Positions 12,004 to 22,963 of a DNA stretch of 64,000 bases are shown piece by piece (the stretch's first letter is position 1; each line of letters starts with the position of its first letter). Source of the stretch: Macrostomum lignano (Eukaryota). The notes under the pieces were generated by a model. The model ran no database searches. It saw only the letters and a list, made by a program, of their open reading frames with translations, and was not told the DNA's origin. The DNA lies in the NCBI GenBank assembly GCA_002269645.1, contig NIVC01000137.1, positions 434,001-498,000 of the forward strand, given 5' to 3'. Made by a program: the position numbers and the translations under genes.

Positions 12004-13173
12004 TGTGATAAAAAGGCAATTAGATCAATAGCATGCACGGTGAGCAATTATTTAGGCCCTAGACAAACCTACTTGGAGCGTTCGGAGATTTTAAAGCTAT
12101 TGGCCCTAATCGCCTATCGCCGGTCGGCGAGTCCTACCAGTCTTTCTCCAATAGCGCAGGTACAGTACAAGAAAAGAAAGAACACGAGGGAACACGAACC
12201 AAAAGATTTAGAGAGTGATAATCCTATTTCAAGAATAACTAAACTTGATTGACGGTTTAATTTGATTAGCTAAAGTTACAAGATTCAATGCAATTCGCGG
12301 CGCAGATAAATTGACACAGATGATAATAACGATTAATAACTAATAAATTAATTACGCAACTGGCAAGCGGATATCAGCTGAAGAAGAGAGGAACCGAACA
12401 CGACCACGACCACGGAGAAGACTCCTAACCCCTAGCCTAAACCAGAACCTACGCTCAAACGAGAGCCCTGCCGAATCGACCGTTCAACGGAGCACTGACT
12501 AAGTTCTATCAGCGCTGCCCTTCAGTGTGACACCGAGGCCCTCGGGGTCGAGGCCGCGTACTTGATCAGATCCGACAGTCTCTACCTAAACCGCGCTTGA
12601 TAGCGACGACGTCAGACAAGGATGCCGAATCGTTACGCTACAAGACTAAAGCGGTCGGGCGGGGGACAAAAGTATGGACCGGGGGTGACGAACTCAAACG
12701 CCTCAAAGCGCGAACCAAAAAGATCGGGCGAGCAGCCGGGGAACCGGGACAAAATCAAAACCGGGGAAAGAAGGCGAGATCCGATTGCCAAACACACTTT
12801 CATATATAGTCAGATTCAAACCCTCAAAACCCCCCTCAAGCCGGGTGGTGGTCGTCTGGCCGGCCGCCCGTTAAGCCGAATTGCACTGTGCCCGCGGCGC
12901 CGGGTAGAATTGGAACTTGCCGCGTGCCAGGGTCCAGGCCGGTTCTGATTGGCTGACCGCGCAAAGCTGGGGTTCGCAGAAAACTCAACCCTCCGCTGAG
13001 TCACAATTGGCGTCTGACTTCTAACCTGTTTACAAATTTAGATTCTAACTAACAAGAAAAAGTACATCAAAAACGCATGACTAAACTAAAGCAAAATAAT
13101 AATTCAATAACAATATAGAAACTAATACAATCAATTAACTAACAAAATACACGCAAAAGACGCTCACACTACA
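12004..13173 (-). repeat. 3' LTR of element B (1170 bp)
   Basis: Direct repeat of 21478-22668, roughly 1-2% divergent by eye plus one ~23-bp indel. Confidence 0.95.
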
Positions 13174-13929
13174 CTCCCCCCTCCTAAAAGAAGTAGAGTA
13201 CAAAAGACGAAAAATTTGAAAAATTCGAAATACGCGTAACATACTACTTCCAGCAAGCAAATGAGTACTATATAACGAAATTTGCGTTTACGGGAACCAA
13301 AATTCGCAAAACAAGCAATGTTACAACGAGAACAACTATAGCAATCAGGGGACTAACGCAATGAACACAATACAATTCTATGCAAAGCACAAAACATGGC
13401 ACGACAATGAAGCTATAAATCAAGTACATAAGCAAAATTACTATGCAATACGCGGCACGACAAAACACAACACAAGCAAATCAATAAATAAATCGAAACA
13501 AATCGCGACGGAACGCAACGTTTACGCAAACTATGGCACGAACTTTCCGCGGCAAAGAACCAAAGCAAAAACCAATTCGCGTACCCGAAACACAATGAGA
13601 ACGCAACAAAGAAAACGCATGCACCGTCACCAAGAACAAATTAACGCGTTAACACATTTTACAGCATTTTACAAAAGTTATCTAAACTACTCATTTTATC
13701 GGTGTGCTAAGATGAACCTTATTGGCTGGCAAAATTTTATTACTCGCTGATTTAATTGCCTGCACCTCCCCCTCCTAAAAAGGTAGGGTGGGCGCTTCGA
13801 CCCTCACTGTCTCCACAGCGGAATTCTTATCGCAATATACCACGACGCTTATCTCTAATTAGGTGCCTCGACGATAATAAAGTTCCACCCACGCTCCCGT
13901 GGCGGACTAACACTCAGCGCGCGAAGACT

Positions 13930-14430
13930 ATCGCCCATTGGCTGCAGTTTTCCGTCTTGCCCAGGACAATCCCCGTGGCGAAATTCACCGCCCAATGGCT
14001 GCAGTTTTCTGTCGTGCCCAGGACCAATCCCCGTGGCGAAATGCACCGCCCAATGGCTGCAGTTTTCTGTCGTGCCCAGGACCAATCCCCGTGGCGAAAT
14101 GCACCGCCCAATGGCTGCAGTTTTCTGTCGTACCCAGGACAAGGGCTCCTTTCTTTCGCACTTCAGGCGTCTTGCGGTTGCAGTTTAACGTCTTTAGTTG
14201 ATTTCTTCCCTAGTGGTTGCAGTTTAACGTCATGCCCATGACGTCGCTTTTCTATCTTTCTCTGACTTCTTTCGCCTCGTGGTTGCAGTTTAACGTCGTG
14301 CCCAGGACGCCTTTTTTTGTCGATTTCTGTCCTAGCGGTTGCAGTTTAACGCCATGCCCATGACGTCGCTTTTCTATCTTTCTCTGACTTCTTTCGCCTC
14401 GTGGTTGCAGTTTAACGTCGTGCCCAGGAC
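13930..14430. repeat. tandem repeats in the 3' non-coding region of element B (~59-bp units x4, then ~117-bp units x2)
   Basis: cgcccaatggctgcagttttctgtcgtgcccaggaccaatccccgtggcgaaat repeats; ggttgcagtttaacgtc recurs. Confidence 0.85.
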
Positions 14431-14986
14431 GCTGGTCAGACATATCTAGTTGCAACATGTGACATGTCGATTTGCGATTGTGTTGTGTTGTTTTTATGAA
14501 GCTTTTACAATTTTTATGTTATTATCGAATATTCACGCATGTCAGTTCTACTGCAAGACTGTTTTTTAATAATTTTAATAATAATATTTATTCTTTAATA
14601 ATTTTATCGCATAATAATATTTCCTAATATGCTGGCCGATGGAACCGCAGACGACTTCAATCTGGGCCCCTTTCCGATTTCAATGTCTACTAGCAACTTC
14701 AATTGTTTATATCTTCTATGGTCGTCTATGGTATTTCTCTTTCATTAGCGTCCTGGAATCTACCAGGTGTGGCGGCTCGAGCAGTTCGTCTTTAACTCCC
14801 TCAATTGCAGTGTCAACATCAGCGCTTCCAAGTCTTTATAATTTCCTATTTCTAATTTCTATTGACTATTTTTCTCCGGTTCCATTTTCGTTTAACAAAT
14901 TTCTCGCGTATGTCTCGACAAGTTACTATTAGTAATACAATTGAAATTTCCGTCTCGACAGTACTTTTCGTTTCTATAGACTCCAT

Positions 14987-16915
14987 TCAATGATAACCAT
15001 ATCGCTCCGGGGGTCTAATCGCCGCGCGGTTTCGCAGCCGCGGTATCCAGCTAACGTTATTCGTGCCTGCCCGCTGCGGGGGCGTACTGTGCACTGGGCT
15101 CAGATGCATTAAATTCGGTGGAGTGCGCACAGGACTCTGCCTGGCCTGAGACCCCACAGGACTCGCCTGCGCCTGTTGGCTGGCATTGGCCGCTGTCTGA
15201 GTATTTTCGACTGCTCTATTCATATTACTTCCAGTAGCTTCGTGACCTCTCTCACGCTGCAAAAATCTAATTCTCTCTGGTCTCTGAATCTCCACTTGGA
15301 CTCGTTCTGACTCCTCCGAGCCGTCATCACTAGCACTCCCAGCTTCCTCTTCTCGATATTGACGCAACTTTTCTTCTGACAAGTAGCAGGGCTTTGTTCT
15401 GTCTACTGTCACTACGTCATGAATTCTGACGGGTTGCTCTATTCGGTCAACCTTCGGACCGGGTGCAATCTTTAAATTTTTTCCATTATTTCTAACTTCT
15501 AGCACTCGATACGGACCTACCCACTTCCTATTCGTATCATAACAGTTCTGCGTATTCGCTATCCAGACCAGGTCACCTGGCTGATAGTACTGCTGGAATA
15601 CTTTCGTGTCATAATTAGATTTCTGCCGCCTGACTGATATTTGCTGCTTTTCTCTGGCGATTCTATACGATTCCATGCACTTCTTATACAGATCATGTAA
15701 ATGCTTATCACGGGTCTTGCGCTCCGGTGAAGGCAATCCGAGCTCAGCATCGACCGGTAGCCGCATCTTTCGACCATAGACTAATTCGAACGGACTAAAT
15801 TTATTACTTTCACTGACTGTGCTTCGCTGATCCATCAAAGCGTGCGGAAGTACCTCATCCCATGCCAAACTGAGTTCACTCTGGGTTAATCTGATTCCAT
15901 CTTTCACTACTCTGACCATACGCTCGCAGCGACCGTTTGCCTGCGGATGGTAGCTAGTAGTATGGCGCAGATCTATTCGAAAATTTTCAGTTAACGATTT
16001 CACTAATTCTGCAGTAAATGATGTACCTCTGTCTGATATGAACGCTTCCGGTGCACCATGCCGAGTGATCCACTCCGTGTACAGGGCCCAAGCTGTACTC
16101 TCAGCTGTACAATCTCTAAGCGCTTTTACCTCTAGCCAGCCCGTAAAGTGATCAACCATCAGCAGGAGGTACTTGTTCCCCCGTGCCGTGGCGTTAAACG
16201 GACCGGCGAAATCTATATGAACTTTCTCGCCCATGTAACTGCTAATTTCCGGTTCTAAGGGCGCTCGTGGCTTCGGCCCGTATTTCTTTCTTGTCTGGCA
16301 CTCAGTACAAGTCTTGATATATCTATCTAAGTTCGTGGAATAGTTTGGCCACCAAAATCTCTGTCGAATCAAATCTTTTGTCTTCGAAATACCGCCGTGA
16401 GCCATTTGATCGTGGTAAGCTCTAAACAACTGCTGCTCCAGGGCTTGGTTTTCCGGCTGTACAGTCTGCTCAAATTTTCGGGCTTCGGAATCTATCCAAT
16501 TCCTGTAAATTATGTCATTTTTCACTAATAGCTGCTCATAATCGCTAAATAATGACTTATAACTGCGGCTCATTCCAACCCATTCATTCTTGGGCGGACA
16601 GGGCTCTCCCTGTTTGAGCTTTTGCTTGAGCAGCAGCAACTCTGGCTGGCTCTCCTGCAGTTCTACAATTCCCGCTGGCGTATCGATATTAATTGCACCG
16701 CAGTGGACTGTTGCTGTCTTCGTCGCACTGCAAGTGGGGCATTCCTCATGGTAGCGTTTCGGGGGACCATCCCGCTGAGGTCTGCGACTCAGGGCGTCTG
16801 CGTTACCATGGGCAATCCCTTGGCGGTACTGAATTGCAAAGTCATATTCTTCCATTCTCGAAATTACTTCAAATTGATCAAACTGCTCAAGGATCATGTT
16901 CCATCTGCCTAGCAT
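14987..16915 (-). pseudogene. element B integrase region
   Basis: HDQMAHGG...CTEC zinc motif; HIDFAG, FISDRG, NGRCERMVR catalytic core; GPY module (WVGPYRV). Separated from RNase H by an in-frame TGA at 16931. Confidence 0.92.
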
Positions 16916-16930
16916 GCCTTTTGCGCCATG

Positions 16931-18702
16931 TCACTTGCGTAGCCATTGGAGGGTCGCGTGGTCTGTCCTGACCTTGAAACGACGGCCGACCAGATAAGGC
17001 CGGTAATGTTCTAAGAAATATATCAGCGCAAACATTTCCTTCATCGTAGTGCAGTAATTCAACTGATGCTCATTTAACGGATGCGAAGCATAGGCTATTA
17101 CTTTTTCTTCCCCATCTTGCTCTTGTAATAAATTTCCACCTATAGCTACGTCACAGGCGTCGACATCGAGGATGAACGGTCCCGCGTCGCTATCGAACCT
17201 GGGGTAGCTCAGCACAGGTGCGCTCACTAGCTTCTGCTTTAAAAGATCGAATGCCTTCTGGCAACTGTCATCCCACTTATACTTGACATCTTTTCTAGTT
17301 AAATTATTTAAAGGCTCACTTATTCGCGCAAAGTCTTTAATAAATCTGCGATAGTAGCCGGCTAAGCCTAAGAATCCGCGCAGCTCAGAGATATTCTCTG
17401 GCCGGGGCCATGTCTGGACTTTTTCTATCTTATCTTTGCTGGTATAGATACCGTGTTGACAGACGGTGTGCCCTAGGAAGGTGACTTCGTTCCGAAACAG
17501 AAAGGTCTTCTCTGGCTTGATTTTCATACCAGCATCTGCTAATCGAGAAAAAATTAATTCTAAATTACTGAGCATTTCTTCGAAATTCTTGCCTGTGCAA
17601 ATAACATCATCTAGGTAGAGAGTAAGGCGAACTTATAAGCGTAATCGCCTAAGATCTTCTGCATTATACGCTGAAAGCAAGCGGGTCCATTCGTGACTCC
17701 GAAAGGCAAAACTTTCCACTGGAACAGGCCATCATGGGTTCGAAACGCTAATTTCTCGTGGTCAGTCTCTCTGACCTTCACTGACCAATAAGCGCCGATC
17801 ATGTCTAGGGTGCTAAAGTACATGTTGCCTGCCAGGGATTCCAGCGATTCTTGAATTAGCGGTAACGGAAAACTGTCCTTCTTAGTCTTATTATTTAACT
17901 GTCTGAAGTCACAGCAAAATCTGAATTCTCCGGACTTCTTCCGGGCGAGAACAATAGGGCAACTCCACTCAGATTCTGAGGGCTCAATCAAATCGTGCTC
18001 TAATAGCTGCTGCACATGCCCGCTAACAAATTCTCGTTGCTCAGGGCTTTGCTTGCGCAGGGGAATTCTGACTGGAATTTCGTCGGTGGTTTCAATCTTG
18101 AATTCTCCCATCTTGGTCTTTCCGATATCCCACTGGTCCTTCGACACAATATTCTGATAACGATGTAAGAATTCAATTACTTTTGCCTTCTGAGCCTCAC
18201 TTAAATCGGTCTCGTTTAAGCGGAATTGCTTTCTAATTCTTTCTGCTTCTTGCATCGTGACTGATGTTTTCTGTTGCTTTTGCGCACCAACTTCTAAATC
18301 AGTTTCTGACATTGCGAAAAGTTCTACATCCTCCTTCAGCGGTTGATACTGCGCCACTATCTCATCCTTATGAATTGTCTGAGTCTCTTCTGTCAGGTTC
18401 ATTAATCTAACGTAAGTTTCACCGAATTCGTCCAATCTAGTAATAGCTTTAGCAACTAATGGCTCATCTTTCTCGCTAATTTGACTGCAGCCTGAAATGA
18501 AGCCGAGTTCTGCAGTTTCTGGAGTATCTTTACATTTAGCCTTGACATAAATTTCACTCATCGGTGCTATAGATACTTTCTTGACTACTTGCAGTAGGAC
18601 GCAACGCGTTTCATCACTCGTTGTTACAAGCGGAATTCTGCGATCACTAAATTCTAAGGATTTTCCTGCTATATCTAATTTAATTTTATGCCTAGTTAAC
18701 AA
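16931..18702 (-). pseudogene. element B reverse transcriptase and RNase H
   Basis: FRFCCDFRQLN, LPFGVTNGPACFQR; YLDD is reached after a 2-nt insertion (CTCTCT) near 17620; FILDVDAC...TDHATL. Confidence 0.92.
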
Positions 18703-18720
18703 ATCGATGCCTATAATTGA

Positions 18721-19229
18721 TTATGTTAGTAAGCCTTCAGCAACATAGAATGGGTGCGTAATCTCGCAATCCCCGAATCTAACGCGCAATGCTACCTGGC
18801 CTAATAAATTTGAAGTCTGGCCATTTGCGGATCGCATATTTACTGAGCATGGCTTCAAACTATGATTTGCCGGATAGAGGCGCTGATATAATTTCTTATC
18901 AATTAGGCAATTCGAGGCGCCGGTGTCAACTAATATTTTTTCGCTTAATCCGTTAATCTGGCTATCGAGGAATAATCCTGAATTCACTAATTGGCTAGAT
19001 ATGTCTGCTTCTACGGTCTTCTCTTGCTTCTCTGTTGCTTTCTTTTCAGCTGCCACATCTCGCTGGATGGCTGTCTCTAACTTTCTTAATTCCTGCTTCA
19101 TTTCCCTAAGTTCAGCTCCAAGTTCTGCTGTCGTGGCACTCTTGTCAGGTTCTTCTTTCGCTGATTCTTCCTGGACTTTCCCTACAAGTATTGGCGCAGG
19201 CCCTTCAATTCGTTTCTAAGATCTGATAA
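18721..19229 (-). pseudogene. element B coiled-coil linker (3' half) and aspartic protease
   Basis: ILVDTGASNCLI. In-frame TAA at 18721 then SIIGIDLL; nonsense codon at 19230 and a 1-nt shift near 19185. Confidence 0.85.
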
Positions 19230-19769
19230 TTATTTTACTACTTTAGATTCGTCCGCTGAAGCTTTCTTTCCTTCTACTTCACTGAGTCGCAAGCCTATGC
19301 TGTTCAATGCACTTCTCTGAGCTGCCGCAGCTTCGCTTCGTTTCTCTAATTCTTCTGTCAATTGCTCTGACTGTCTGGCTAAGCTCGCTGACTTCTGTTT
19401 ATCGATTTCTGCTAATTTGCGTTCCTCGCTTGAGCAAATTCTAACATTGACTGCTCTCTGTTTCCTACTATGAGTAGTATCGCTAGTGCGGATAAATTTT
19501 ACTGTCGCCCTCTGGCGCAGAAAATGCATAATTTCGTAATCAGTTGCTATATCAGTATTAGTCACATGAAAGAAAATATCTCTATTAGTGCTATCTCGCA
19601 GAAATCCGTAGCCTCTGTAATAATTATACCAAACTAAATTGCCATATTCTACATTGCCTGATCTAACTTGCTGGTCTTCTACTGCTGCAGCTCTTCTATT
19701 GGGAGTGAATCGGCTTAGTAGCTGGGGGCGGTTGGCCCTCCCTTGGTGCCGCCCCGTCGGTAGTTTAAA
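19230..19769 (-). CDS. transframe N-terminus of Pol: cold-shock domain followed by coiled coil
   Basis: The -1 frame is open from the slip site: FKLPTGRHQGRANRPQLLSRFTPNRRAAAVEDQQVRSGNVEYGNLVWYNYYRGYGFLRDSTNRDIFFHVTNTDIATDYEIMHFLRQRATVKFIRTSDTTHSRKQRAVNVRI... Confidence 0.8.
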   Translation of the reverse strand, partial: FKLPTGRHQGRANRPQLLSRFTPNRRAAAVEDQQVRSGNVEYGNLVWYNYYRGYGFLRDSTNRDIFFHVTNTDIATDYEIMHFLRQRATVKFIRTSDTTHSRKQRAVNVRICSSEERKLAEIDKQKSASLARQSEQLTEELEKRSEAAAAQRSALNSIGLRLSEVEGKKASADESKVVK

Positions 19770-20950
19770 GAATTTCGTCTAACTGGGCAGTCTCTAGCCA
19801 GGTGAGTTTCTTCGCCGCACTCATAACAGGCCTTTCTCGCATTTGGCGCGTTCGCCCCCGAAGGTTTGAACCTGTCATTGGCCCCTCCGGCCTCGTGACC
19901 AAAGCGTGGCGGGCGTGTCATGGCGGGCCTGACAAATTGCGAAGACTGCCTATAGGGTCTTGAGTAACTGCTCATGTGATGCTGTGGCCGAAAGCTATTC
20001 GGAGGCTGCACTGGTGCCTGTGGCCTATAGCTTGGGTTCATTTGTCTATGGGCGAACCTGGGTTGCCATTGCCTGTAGTCGAACTGAGGCTGATAATTCT
20101 GGTACGGTTGGTACTGCGAAGGATAGTTGCTCGGGGAAGCAAACTGAGGTCCAAATGACTGGTGGCCTTGGCCCGCGCTGGGTGCTGCCACTGGTTTCTT
20201 CTGTTCCTTTTCTACTTGAGCTGTCAAAGTATTTGAGCCCTCCTGCTTCCTCCTATTATTTTGACTGCCGGGGTTGGCGAGCTCCTCGAGGATCTCCTCG
20301 TTTTTGGCTGCAGTCAGTAAATCTTGCGTCTGGTACTTCGATTCATGCGTTCTGCGATAGGCAATAACTGCGCGCCTGACTTTATAATTTGCTATGCCAG
20401 CTTCGAATCGTTCAGAAACTCGCTCTCTGGCCTGACTCTCTAGTCCTGCTTTCCTAACTAATTCAACTAGTGCGTCGTAAAATTCTTCTAATGATTCGTC
20501 TTCCTTCTGCCTGCGGTTCATCAGCTCTAGCTTCGCTTCTTCCTTCTGTCCTACGGGCTTAAATTTGTCCTTTAAAGTCTTTTCGATGCTTTCAAATGAT
20601 TCGGTGCTCGCTAGGCCTAAGTTACTGTAAACCTTATAGGCGTCTTCGTCTAGGAGCGACAATAGCTGATACACTTTGGCCGATTCATCTATACCGTTGC
20701 CTTGACAGTAGTTGTTGAAGATTCTTAGAAACAATTCGAAATCTGAGCCAAGTCGGTATGGCTTGGGCTTTGCTACGCTGTTATGCGACTTCAAAATCAC
20801 TCTAGGTTCAGGATTTTCGGTTTCCATTCTTCTTATGCGGTCCTGCAGTTCTCTCACTACCGTTCTCAAGTGTTCGGCCTCATCTGCTTCGCCTTCGTTC
20901 CTAATCTCAGCTGACTTCGATTCTTGACTATTTTCTCCGTCTTGCGCCAT
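19715..20950 (-). CDS. element B Gag (411 aa)
   Basis: Intact ORF with a capsid-like region (QKEEAKLELMNRRQKEDESLEEF), a Q/P-rich linker and CCHC knuckle CYECGEETHLARDC. Confidence 0.9.
   Translation of the reverse strand: MAQDGENSQESKSAEIRNEGEADEAEHLRTVVRELQDRIRRMETENPEPRVILKSHNSVAKPKPYRLGSDFELFLRIFNNYCQGNGIDESAKVYQLLSLLDEDAYKVYSNLGLASTESFESIEKTLKDKFKPVGQKEEAKLELMNRRQKEDESLEEFYDALVELVRKAGLESQARERVSERFEAGIANYKVRRAVIAYRRTHESKYQTQDLLTAAKNEEILEELANPGSQNNRRKQEGSNTLTAQVEKEQKKPVAAPSAGQGHQSFGPQFASPSNYPSQYQPYQNYQPQFDYRQWQPRFAHRQMNPSYRPQAPVQPPNSFRPQHHMSSYSRPYRQSSQFVRPAMTRPPRFGHEAGGANDRFKPSGANAPNARKACYECGEETHLARDCPVRRNSLNYRRGGTKGGPTAPSY
19725..19769 (-). promoter_or_regulatory. -1 programmed ribosomal frameshift signal
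   Basis: In-phase U_UUA_AAC (19763-19769), 7-nt spacer, then stem GGGGCGG/CCGCCCC with a 17-nt loop. Confidence 0.85.
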
Positions 20951-21458
20951 TGCTAAGTTTCAACCAATTGGAATTTCTATTACTGCAACTTCAGAAAGTA
21001 CAACTTGTAAAGCTATAACAATTTCAATAATCTAGCTTTCCTATTTTATCTACTGAGCGGAATAGGCTGCCTCGCTCACACTGGCAATAACTGATAAGAA
21101 AAACTGAATGTACACTGAGACAAATTCAACCAGTGTACTCTCTAGTGCGCGCACTCACCGACTATGCTAATAAACACTAATGAAATTTTCAACTGTAAAC
21201 AAAATCTACTTTCACACGCAAGTTTCTATTAAAGTGCTAATTTTAGTTTAGAAAGTAAATTTTATTTTTCCTACTCCTAAATCCTATTCAGTATTTTGGG
21301 GTAACTGGCCAACCGCAAAACCACACCTAATGCGGAATTGCTGCACACTGCGTGGTTGACGAAATAGCCGCTACGAGCCTGGAACAGACTCGTTGAGTTT
21401 TAGTCTAAGCTTGCTCACTTAGAGCGCCTACCAATAAACTGCCGCCTGCTAACTATTG

Positions 21459-21475
21459 GATTCCCAGGGGCTCCA
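21459..21475 (-). promoter_or_regulatory. primer-binding site of element B
   Basis: TGGAGCCCCTGGGAATC lies 2 nt inside the 5' LTR. It resembles the complement of a tRNA 3' end beginning TGGAG (Thr-like), with imperfect spacing. Confidence 0.6.
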
Positions 21476-21477
21476 CT

Positions 21478-22668
21478 TGTGATAAAAAGGCAATTAGATC
21501 AATAGCATGCACGGTGAGCAATTATTTAGGCCCTAGACAAACCTACTTGAAGCGTTCGGAGATTTTAAAGCTATTGGCCCTAATCGCCTATCGCCGGTCG
21601 GCGAGTCCTACCAGTCTTTCTCCAATAGCGCAGGTACAGTACAAGAAAAGAAAGAACACGAGGGAACACGAACCAAAAGATTTAGAGAGTGATAATCCTA
21701 TTTCAAGAATAACTAAACTTGATTGACGGTTTAATTTGATTAGCTAAAGTTACAAGATTCAATGCAATTCGCGGCGCAGATAAATTGACACAGATGATAA
21801 TAACGATTAATAACTAATAAATTAATTACGCAACTGGCAAGCGGATATCCGCTGAAGAAGAGAGGAACCGAACACGACCACGACCACGGAGAAGACTCCT
21901 AACCCCTGGCCTAAACCAGAACTATTGAACTAAGAGTCTATTGAACTACGCTCAAACGAGAGCCCTGCCGAATCGACCGTTCAACGGAGCACTGACTAAG
22001 TTCTATCAGCGCTGCCCTGCAGTGTGACACTGAGGCCCTCGGGGTCGAGGCCGCGTACTTGATCAGATCCGACAGTCTCTACCTAAACCGCGCTTGATAG
22101 CGACGACGTCAGACAAGGATGCCGAATCGTTACGCTACAAGACTAAAGCGGTCGGCGGGGAACAAAGATATGGACCGGGGTGACGAATTCAAACGCCTCA
22201 AAGCGCGAACCAAAAGGATCGGGTGAACAGCCGGGGAACCGGGACAAAATCAAAACCGGGGAAAGAAGGCGAGATCCGATTGCCAAACACACTTTCATAT
22301 ATAGTCAGAGTCAAACCCTCAAAACCCCCCTCAAGCCGGGTGGTGGTCGTCTGGCCGGCCGCCCGTTAAGCCGACTTGCACTGTGCCCGCGGCGCCGGGT
22401 AGAATTGGAACTTGCCGCGTGCCAGGGTCCAGGCCGGTTCTGATTGGCTGACCGCGCAAAGCTGGGGTTCGCAGAAAACTCAACCCTCCGCTGAGTCACA
22501 ATTGGCGTCTGACTTCTAACCTGTTTACAAATTTAGATTCTAACTAACAAGAAAAAGTACATCAAAAACGCATGACTAAACTAAAGCAAAATAATAATTC
22601 AATAACAATATAGAAACTAATACAATCAATTAACTAACAAAATACACGCAAAAGACGCTCACACTACA
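21478..22668 (-). repeat. 5' LTR of element B (1191 bp)
   Basis: Direct repeat of 12004-13173. Confidence 0.95.
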
Positions 22669-22805
22669 CTGGCTTCTGGGCTTTCGATGTCGAAGGAGGA
22701 TCTGACTTGACATGTAGAATTTCGCCTCCTGAGATTTGTCTCTCGCCGCGACTTACGGCCTCGCATGCATTGGCCACCGTAGTTACTTTTTCCCACGTCA
22801 GATCT
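22669..22805 (-). pseudogene. element A gag fragment upstream of the B insertion
   Basis: DLTWEKVTTVANACEAVSRGERQISGGEILHVKSDPPSTSKAQKP joins in frame to AYQKSDQKNGQLRQVKC (12003 leftward) once B and one CTGG are removed. Confidence 0.85.
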
Positions 22806-22963
22806 TGCAGACACTTGGTCTTTTCAATTATATTTTGGCAACTCTTTAAGCCACCGAATTGAACTGTACAAATGTCCATAGACATCAATAGGATTCTCAG
22901 CCGTTGACGGCTCCTAAGCAAAGTGCATTCTCTAATAAATAAAAGTTCATCACAGTGCTAACA
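22806..22963 (-). repeat. 5' LTR of element A, truncated by an internal deletion (158 of 181 bp)
   Basis: Matches 8613-8770 and abuts gag directly, with no PBS. Confidence 0.88.

Larger units (their letters stand above)
12004..22668 (-). mobile_element. Ty3/Gypsy LTR retrotransposon B (10.7 kb) carrying a cold-shock domain
   Basis: TG...CA LTRs at both ends; TSD CTGG at 12000-12003 and 22669-22672; PPT AGGAGGGGGGAG at 13174-13185; PBS-like tract at 21459-21475; complete gag and pol domain set. Confidence 0.95.
8590..22963 (-). mobile_element. Ty3/Gypsy LTR retrotransposon A (Mag-like), decayed and interrupted by element B
   Basis: TSD GAAAC at 8585-8589 and 22964-22968; TGTT...AACA termini; PPT GGGAAGGAG (8771-8779). 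Gag-PR-RT-RH-IN order, two zinc knuckles, short LTRs and a 5-bp TSD fit the Mag group. Confidence 0.92.

Noticed and set aside
11824-12948. plus-strand ORFs in B's LTRs and antisense to gag/pol
   Set aside because: No homology cues, and frames are broken by indels between the two LTRs.
13268-13468. hydrophobic 66-aa ORF as an env gene of element B
   Set aside because: Short, explained by the T-rich strand composition, and lacks signal peptide, furin site or ectodomain.
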